Below are positions 58,427-64,000 of a stretch of DNA of 64,000 nt, piece by piece. The notes under the pieces are model-generated. The model had not been told where the DNA came from, did not search any database, and was given only the letters and a program-made list of their open reading frames with translations. The stretch spans positions 4,029 through 68,028 of the forward strand of contig DAOWKC010000002.1 in the NCBI GenBank assembly GCA_030640025.1, in the 5' to 3' direction. Source of the DNA: Candidatus Woesearchaeota archaeon. GTDB lineage: Archaea > Nanobdellota > Nanobdellia > Woesearchaeales > JAGLXL01. The position numbers were made by a program, and so were the translations under genes. Positions within the stretch are counted from its first letter, which is position 1. Each line of letters starts with the position of its first letter.

Positions 58427-58595
58427 TGCGGGCGGCAGGGTTCGAACCTGCGTAGGCACTAAGCCAACAGATGACTTACGAATGGTTCTTCATCGCACTG
58501 CGATTGCAGCACTCTGCACTCAAATGCCTTGAGTTAAGACGACACACAGTTCAACTGTGAGTTACTGTCCCGTTTGGCCACTCCGGCACGCCCGC
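58427..58595 (-). tRNA. class II tRNA (Leu-like D- and variable arms) carrying about 84 nt of intervening sequence; anticodon unresolved
   Basis: The reverse complement has a perfect acceptor GCGGGCG/CGCCCGC, a D-arm identical to tRNA-Leu(GAG) (UGCCGGAGUGGCCAAACGGG), variable arm UGGCUUAGUGCCUAC and T-arm GCAGGUUCGAACCCUGC. An insert begins right after GACAG, at the same place as the intron in the tRNA-Arg at 17877. Confidence 0.55.
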
Positions 58596-58704
58596 ATGAA
58601 CGTAGTGAATGTGGGCACCAGGAAATCTCTGATTTCCGCTGCGCCCGCAGATAGAGTTTGAAAATTAGAAGTGGTATTTAAATTTAATTATAAAAAAAAG
58701 AAAT

Positions 58705-59220
58705 TTATTCAAGTCTGCCGAGTTTGTTTTCGATGTCAGCTAATTCTGATTCGAGTTTTTCAATGTCAGTCATGGGTTTTGGTTTTTCCATGACTGGCGG
58801 CGCTAACTTGGCTTGAGTTTCTTTAGCCACTGGTTTTTTAGCTGCTTTTTTGATGACTTTTACTTTCTTTTTCTTACTGTGTAATTTGTGGTGTTTAGTC
58901 AAGCTTTGCCTTGATTTGAATTCTTTGTCGCAGCGATCGCATTTGAAGATTTTGTGCTCTTGGTGCAGATGAATCCTTAATTTGGTTTTAGGCAAAGCTT
59001 TGCGTAATTTATTGATATAAAGTTTGAGCTGGCGAACATCTTCTCTCAAACGCTTAATGGCTTCTTGTTTTTCATTGCGAAGGGTTTTAAGTTTTTCATG
59101 CTGCTGCAAGAACTGAACCATTTCCTTTGAAGTTTCTAAAATATTTCTTCTAACTTCAAGAGGATCCTGGACACCAACGAAAAAGACTTCTTCTTTTTCC
59201 TGAGTTTTTTTCTTAGCCAT
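58705..59220 (-). CDS. coiled-coil protein with a C-terminal C2H2-like zinc finger
   Basis: FKCDRCDKEFKSRQSLTKHHKLH (C-x2-C-x12-H-x3-H). The N-terminal VFFVGVQDPLEVRRNILETSKEMVQFL domain is shared with the two upstream genes. Confidence 0.55.
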   Translation of the reverse strand: MAKKKTQEKEEVFFVGVQDPLEVRRNILETSKEMVQFLQQHEKLKTLRNEKQEAIKRLREDVRQLKLYINKLRKALPKTKLRIHLHQEHKIFKCDRCDKEFKSRQSLTKHHKLHSKKKKVKVIKKAAKKPVAKETQAKLAPPVMEKPKPMTDIEKLESELADIENKLGRLE

Positions 59221-59221
59221 T

Positions 59222-59497
59222 TTACAAAGTTTCTGGTTCAAATAAGGTCTTATCAATAAAATCAACTTTTCTGTCCATTTCTTCTAGGGTATTGCTCCAA
59301 ACTTCTAATTCAGCATCTTCATCATTTTTAAGTTGATTAATTTTTTCCAATGTTTTTCTAGCATCAACAATTTTGTTTTTGATGACATTAACAACATCGA
59401 GAACGTCCTTATAATCTTCAATTTTAACAAAAACAGGCATTTCTGGCATTTTTTCACCTCTTAAATAAGACTTCATCAACATAGATGAGTTTTCCAT
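59222..59497 (-). CDS. small coiled-coil protein, paralog of 59454..59888
   Basis: PVFVKIEDYKDVLDVVNVIKNKIVDARKTLEK...VDFIDKTLF is collinear with the downstream-encoded PIFIHAPTYKALIDEVSQMKAQLVEADDIVETLE...LIYVDEVLF. Confidence 0.5.
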   Translation of the reverse strand: MENSSMLMKSYLRGEKMPEMPVFVKIEDYKDVLDVVNVIKNKIVDARKTLEKINQLKNDEDAELEVWSNTLEEMDRKVDFIDKTLFEPETL

Positions 59498-59888
59498 GAA
59501 TATCTTTTATATTTGACTGCCAACTTCGATAGGCTTTATCCTGATCTTCTTTGAAATTTTCCAAGGTTTCGACAATGTCATCAGCTTCGACAAGCTGAGC
59601 TTTCATTTGGCTAACCTCATCGATAAGTGCTTTGTAAGTTGGAGCATGAATAAAAATTGGTTTGACAACATGATGTTCCCGAATTTCAGAAAGTCCTAAT
59701 TTTTCTTTTTCAATAACCCTCTGCTTTTGTTTTTGTAAAGGTGTTTGAGCTTGAGATCCAACAGCTTCTTGGATTTCTGCTTCAGATGGTTTTTCTAAAT
59801 CCTTTGGAGAAGGAAAACTGGGAAGATTTGTATCTGAAGGAGGAGTCGGGATTTTAAGCTCTTTCTTTTTCTTTAAAAAATTAAACAT
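59454..59888 (-). CDS. coiled-coil protein with a Pro-rich N-terminus, paralog of 59222..59497
   Basis: 144 aa. The start/stop overlap with neighbours implies translational coupling. Confidence 0.5.
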   Translation of the reverse strand: MFNFLKKKKELKIPTPPSDTNLPSFPSPKDLEKPSEAEIQEAVGSQAQTPLQKQKQRVIEKEKLGLSEIREHHVVKPIFIHAPTYKALIDEVSQMKAQLVEADDIVETLENFKEDQDKAYRSWQSNIKDIHGKLIYVDEVLFKR

Positions 59889-60002
59889 TCTACCACCTCC
59901 AGCCTTTTTAAATTGACTTGGTTATTAAAAGTTTTGTGAGCATTTTATAAGAGTTATTTGGTGTTATTGTTTTTGAGTAGTCAAAATATTTTAGTTTAAA
60001 TT

Positions 60003-60037
60003 TTACTTACAGTGTAAGTATTACTTACAATGTAAGT
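60003..60037. promoter_or_regulatory. tandem palindromic sites TACTTACAGTGTAAGTA and TACTTACAATGTAAGTA upstream of the LTD protein gene
   Basis: Two adjacent 17-bp perfect palindromes. The same site recurs at 63771..63787 (and degenerate at 63828..63844). Confidence 0.55.
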
Positions 60038-60084
60038 ATTTATTTTAGGGAAAAAATAAATAGGTTTAGGACATTACTAAGGAA

Positions 60085-62235
60085 ATGAAAAAATTGGTGT
60101 GGTTACTGGTCTTAGTTGTTTTCTCTCAGCTAGTTTTAGCTGAAGTAAGAATTAATGAGGTGATGTATGCTCCGACTAGTGATTGGGGCGGACAATATAA
60201 TGAATGGATTGAGTTATATAGTGAAAATGAAATTAATTTAAGTAATTGGAAAATTGATGGAAATGATTTTGATGATATTATAATTGGCAGTGGTGGTTAT
60301 GTAGTAATAGCTAGGAATGCAGTTGCTTTTCAAAATACTTATGGTTTTCAAGTAGCTGATGGTAATTTTGTTTTAAGTAATGATGGTGATGTGATTGAGC
60401 TGTCTAATGGAACTAAAAGTTGGTTGTTCCCTTATGACAATAATAAAGCAAATAATAATGGAAAAACTTTGGAGTGTGCTGGTGGTGAGTGTACTGGCGG
60501 TAATTGGGAAGATAGTTTAGTTTTAGGCGGAACTCCTTGTGAGATCAACAGCAAAGCTGGATTTATCCAAGATTATAGCCAGGTAAAAATAAATGAATTT
60601 TTGCCTGATCCAATTGGAAATGATGATGCAGATAAACCATTGGGTGAATGGGTGGAACTATATAATACAGGCAAGGCGCCAATTGATCTGCGAGGATTAG
60701 TTCTTTATGATAAAGATGATAGTCATGAGTTGTATATTAGTGATGTAACTACTACTGCTGGAACAGTAATTCCAGCTGGGAGTTATCTAGTTGTTTATCG
60801 AAACGGAGATACTGATTTTGCTTTGAATAATGATGGTTTTGAAGAAGTTCGTTTTTATGATGGTTATCCAGTAAATAACAGTAATTTGATTGATTCAATG
60901 AGTTACAGTGGAGGTGTGGAGGGGATGAGCTGGAGCAAAGTTAAGGAAGGATGGTATAAATCAACGGCAACTCTTGGAGGGGAGAATGTGAGGGTTGATG
61001 GTTGTGATTGGAGCGTTAAGGTTTTGCCTCGGAATTCAATTTTTAATTCTGGCCAAGGTTTGGTTTGGGATGTGGTTGTTGAGAGGAATTATGGTGAAAC
61101 AGGAAATTTGACAGTTGAGGGTCGAGTAGAAGATGTTTTTGGGAAAGTGGTGAAAACTTACAAGCCGTGGACAGATAAGGTGATTACAACAACTCGGACA
61201 AAAACTTATACTCCAAATTTACCCGAAGATATTTACAAAATATTTTTTGAAATTAAGGAAATTGACTGTCAGGACAATGACTTGAGTAATAATGTGGATT
61301 TTGATTTGGTGGTGATTAATCCTCAGTACAAGGTTTTTGATTCTAATTTAGAAATTGAGGAGATTTATCTAGGCAATGATGACGAAGCTGAATGGGGAGA
61401 TAGAGTAAGGGTGAAGGTTCATATTTACAAAGGTGATGAAACCAAATATAATGTTGAACTGTACGCTGAAAAAGATGGTCGAATTGTGAGTAAACGGACT
61501 AAGACGAGTGTTTTTGACAAGTTTAAGGATTATACTTTGACTTTACCAGTACAGTTAGAACCTAATTGCAACCAATATTATTTAGATGGTGATTATGAAA
61601 TGGTTTTGAAAGGTTTGGAAAAAGAAGTGAGAGAGGGTTTTAGGATTAAGGGGATTGACAAAGAATTATGTCAAGAAGTTAGTGGAAGTGTTTCTGGTTC
61701 TAGTCAAAAGTTTGGTTATAAATTAGTAGAAAGCCCAGATGAAGTTCAAGCAGGGGGAGATTTTGATGTCAAAGTTGAATTAACAGGTGATGATGAGGAG
61801 CATGATATTAAAGTCAAGAGTTATATTTATCGAGGTCCAAAACATTACAGTGAAGAGGTGATTGAAGAACTTAAATTAGAGGTGAACGAGATCAGGGTTA
61901 TTGATTTGAATTTAGAGGTTGATGAAGATGTTAAAGAAGGTGAATATAAGTTGAAGATTAAAATAAATAAAGATAATCAAAAAACTGATAAGGAAATAAC
62001 TGAGGAGATTAAAGTTCGAGAGACAGATGAAGATGAGGAATGCATGGTAGTGGGTGAGGAGTTGTCTGTTAGGAATATTAGTATAAATGAAAAATTAAGT
62101 TTGTTAAGGAGATTAAATGAAGACGGGAAGATTGTTTATCTTTCTAAATCAAAACAAAGTTTTGAATGGGTGCCGATGATGATTATTGGAGTTTTGGTTT
62201 TGCTTTTGGTGATACTTATCTGTAAAAAACTGTAA
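60085..62235 (+). CDS. cell-surface protein with two lamin-tail domains (LTD), signal peptide and C-terminal TM anchor
   Basis: Signal peptide MKKLVWLLVLVVFSQLVLA. LTD signatures INEVMYAPTSDWGGQYNEWIELYSEN and KINEFLPDPIGNDDADKPLGEWVELYNTG. C-terminal VPMMIIGVLVLLLVILICKKL. Confidence 0.75.
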   Translation: MKKLVWLLVLVVFSQLVLAEVRINEVMYAPTSDWGGQYNEWIELYSENEINLSNWKIDGNDFDDIIIGSGGYVVIARNAVAFQNTYGFQVADGNFVLSNDGDVIELSNGTKSWLFPYDNNKANNNGKTLECAGGECTGGNWEDSLVLGGTPCEINSKAGFIQDYSQVKINEFLPDPIGNDDADKPLGEWVELYNTGKAPIDLRGLVLYDKDDSHELYISDVTTTAGTVIPAGSYLVVYRNGDTDFALNNDGFEEVRFYDGYPVNNSNLIDSMSYSGGVEGMSWSKVKEGWYKSTATLGGENVRVDGCDWSVKVLPRNSIFNSGQGLVWDVVVERNYGETGNLTVEGRVEDVFGKVVKTYKPWTDKVITTTRTKTYTPNLPEDIYKIFFEIKEIDCQDNDLSNNVDFDLVVINPQYKVFDSNLEIEEIYLGNDDEAEWGDRVRVKVHIYKGDETKYNVELYAEKDGRIVSKRTKTSVFDKFKDYTLTLPVQLEPNCNQYYLDGDYEMVLKGLEKEVREGFRIKGIDKELCQEVSGSVSGSSQKFGYKLVESPDEVQAGGDFDVKVELTGDDEEHDIKVKSYIYRGPKHYSEEVIEELKLEVNEIRVIDLNLEVDEDVKEGEYKLKIKINKDNQKTDKEITEEIKVRETDEDEECMVVGEELSVRNISINEKLSLLRRLNEDGKIVYLSKSKQSFEWVPMMIIGVLVLLLVILICKKL

Positions 62236-62359
62236 GCGGTTTTTGACACACTAGGAAATTTTTAATTTCCTGTGTCCCAGAAATTTACTTTGTAAATTTC
62301 TCAGGATACTAGGAATTCCTCAGTATTTAAAAAAGTTTAAAAAGAAGTTATTGTTTTGA

Positions 62360-63001
62360 TTGGATATGACAAGTGTTAAGCAAAGATTGGAAGAAGGGTG
62401 GATTCAAGCAAGAATTGTTCTAGAGATAATTGGAAAACCAAAAGGGCATGTTGAAAAGACAATGCAAGATTATGTTGAGAAGATAAAAAAAGAGAAGGAT
62501 TTGGAAGTTCTGCATGTGGATATCAATGAAGTCCAGAAACAAGAGACCGGGGCTAAAGATGAGAAAATGGTCAAAGAGATGTGGGCAACTTTTGCTGAGC
62601 TGGAAATTTTGTTTAAGAATTTACCTCGAGTGACTTATTTTTGTTTTGAGTATATGCCTTCGTCAATTGAAATTATTGAACCGCAAAATTTGCAGGTAAA
62701 TGGAAATGATTTAACTAGTTTTTTTACTGATTTACAGATGAGGCTGCATGAAATTGATATGATTGCCAAACAACAAAAAAGCCAGACCATGTTCTGGGAA
62801 AGCCAAATCAAAGGATTGTTGAGGAATTTTGTAATGGTGGCTTTATCGAGCAGAGAACTGACAGCTGATGAGTTGTCAAAAATTACTGGTGTTCAAAAAA
62901 ATACTCTGGAAGATTTTTTAGATGAATTAGTTGATAAAAATGAAGTGAAAATGGTGGGTGAAAAATACCGGAAGGTGTTAGATGGAAAGAAACAAAGTTG
63001 A
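62360..63001 (+). CDS. hypothetical protein, possible ScpA-like kleisin (C-terminal winged helix)
   Basis: Immediately upstream of and overlapping scpB, the usual scpA-scpB arrangement. C-terminal wHTH-like ELTADELSKITGVQKNTLEDFLDELVDKNEV. No strong ScpA motif recognised. Confidence 0.35.
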   Translation: MDMTSVKQRLEEGWIQARIVLEIIGKPKGHVEKTMQDYVEKIKKEKDLEVLHVDINEVQKQETGAKDEKMVKEMWATFAELEILFKNLPRVTYFCFEYMPSSIEIIEPQNLQVNGNDLTSFFTDLQMRLHEIDMIAKQQKSQTMFWESQIKGLLRNFVMVALSSRELTADELSKITGVQKNTLEDFLDELVDKNEVKMVGEKYRKVLDGKKQS

Positions 63002-63722
63002 GGCGATCATGTTTGCCTTGGGGAAGGATGTAGCAGTTTCTGAAGTAGCGCGATTAAGTAATTTATCTGAGGAAAAAGTTAAGTCAATTCTTCAGGAGAT
63101 GAAGGAAGAGTATGATAAGGATTCTGGTGCTTTGAAATTAGTTGATAAAGGAGATTTTTGGAAATTTACAATTAAGGATAAATATTTGCCCTTGGTTTCT
63201 AATTTGATTTCTGAGACTGAGTTGGATAAGTCGACCATGGAGACTTTGGCGGTGATTGCTTGGAAATATCCGATTTTACAATCAGAGGTGATTAAGATTC
63301 GCCATAATAAGGCTTATGACCATATGCGCCGGTTGAAAGAATTGGGTTTTGTGGCGAAGGAGAAATGTGGCCGGACTTTTAAGATTCATCTGACTGAGAA
63401 GTTTTTTAGTTATTTTGATCTGCCGACGCAAGATGCCAAGGCAGCTTTTAAGAAAGTTATTCCTGAAGATATACAGAAAGAGATTATTGGAAAAGAGAAA
63501 GAGATTGCCGAGAAAGAAAAGGAGATTGAAGATATTAAGAAAAAGGAGGATGAAAAGATGAAAAAAGCACAAGAAGAACCGCAGCCTGAACCAGAACCAA
63601 CACCACCAGTTCCTGATCCAGAGCCGTTACCAGAGCCTGAACCAGAACCAATTCCTGAACCTGGCCCAACACCTGAGCCAGAACCGACACCGGAACCGTT
63701 GACACCGGATAAGGAAGAATAA
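62982..63722 (+). CDS. scpB: segregation and condensation protein B (ScpB) with a Pro/Glu-rich C-terminal tail
   Basis: Tandem winged helices: EAIMFALGKDVAVSEVARLS...EEKVKSILQEMKEEY and TLAVIAWKYPILQSEVIKIRHNKAYDHMRRLKELGFV...GRTFKIHLTEKFFSYFDL. The tail is PQPEPEPTPPVPDPEPLPEPEPEP... Confidence 0.75.
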   Translation: MERNKVEAIMFALGKDVAVSEVARLSNLSEEKVKSILQEMKEEYDKDSGALKLVDKGDFWKFTIKDKYLPLVSNLISETELDKSTMETLAVIAWKYPILQSEVIKIRHNKAYDHMRRLKELGFVAKEKCGRTFKIHLTEKFFSYFDLPTQDAKAAFKKVIPEDIQKEIIGKEKEIAEKEKEIEDIKKKEDEKMKKAQEEPQPEPEPTPPVPDPEPLPEPEPEPIPEPGPTPEPEPTPEPLTPDKEE

Positions 63723-63770
63723 GATTTCTTTTCTTGTTTTGATTTGTTATTTTATTTTAGGCTAAAATAA

Positions 63771-63787
63771 TACTTACAATGTAAGTA
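63771..63787. promoter_or_regulatory. third copy of the palindromic site TACTTACAATGTAAGTA (a degenerate fourth copy lies at 63828..63844)
   Basis: Identical to the site at 60021..60037. It lies between scpB and the next + strand ORF, which starts at about 63929. Confidence 0.5.
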
Positions 63788-63928
63788 CTTTAGTTTTTAA
63801 AAAGTAATAAAAATTATAACAATATAATACTTACATTGTGGGTAGAATAAACGGGGATTTGTTGTAAGTTCTCGACGATAAATCGACCAAAACATTAATA
63901 AACATAGCCAAATTCTGGTTTTATAGAC

Positions 63929-64000
63929 GATGGAAGAAAATCAAGGAACACGGGTGATTCCTCAAGTTATTGAAGAAGAAATGAAGCAGGCATATGTAGA
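63929..64000 (+). CDS. start of an unidentified ORF (MEENQGTRVIPQVIEEEMKQAYV...), truncated by the window end
   Basis: An ATG with an open frame to the window edge; too short to classify. Confidence 0.25.

Noticed and set aside
58353-58445. tRNA 3'-end direct repeats as attL/attR of an integrated element
   Set aside because: The two copies are only about 50 nt apart with nothing between them, so no element is currently bounded by them. Kept only as a possible integration scar.
1-64000. CRISPR arrays and rRNA genes
   Set aside because: No regularly spaced direct repeats of 25-40 nt and no rRNA-like GC-rich blocks were seen. The LAGLIDADG genes are therefore not in rRNA introns within this window.

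Overview
This 64 kb window is AT-rich and gene-dense and looks archaeal, most likely from a small-genome DPANN-like lineage. Supporting features are a fused PriS-PriL primase, lamin-tail-domain surface proteins, many intron-containing tRNAs and leaderless BRE/TATA promoters.

The core content is information-processing and housekeeping genes: a ribosomal protein / RNA polymerase operon (S13-S4-S11-rpoD-[tRNA-Leu]-L18e-L13-S9-rpoN), LeuRS, TrpRS, ABCE1, topoisomerase VI B/A, archaeal DnaG, PCNA, Hef, RNase J, a Rio kinase plus KH-protein pair, a candidate ScpA (speculative) with ScpB, and a glmS-HAD-glmM-glmU operon for UDP-GlcNAc synthesis.

The most unusual features are:
- a fused PriS-PriL primase interrupted by a 441-aa LAGLIDADG intein inserted exactly in the catalytic SGxxGxH motif;
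- four intron-containing tRNA genes, including a tRNA-Arg(TCT) with two non-canonical introns and a class II tRNA carrying about 84 nt of unresolved intervening sequence plus a duplicated 3' end;
- an SRP RNA immediately followed by a free-standing LAGLIDADG endonuclease gene;
- a wHTH-MNT / HEPN-like pair with palindromic operator-like sites;
- a three-gene cluster of overlapping, paralogous coiled-coil proteins ending in a C2H2-like zinc-finger protein;
- several repeated or palindromic non-coding elements: a double-hairpin repeat downstream of two unrelated genes, a MITE-like 188-bp IR-bounded element, and TACTTACAnTGTAAGTA palindromes flanking the LTD-ScpAB block.

There is no CRISPR array and no rRNA in the window.
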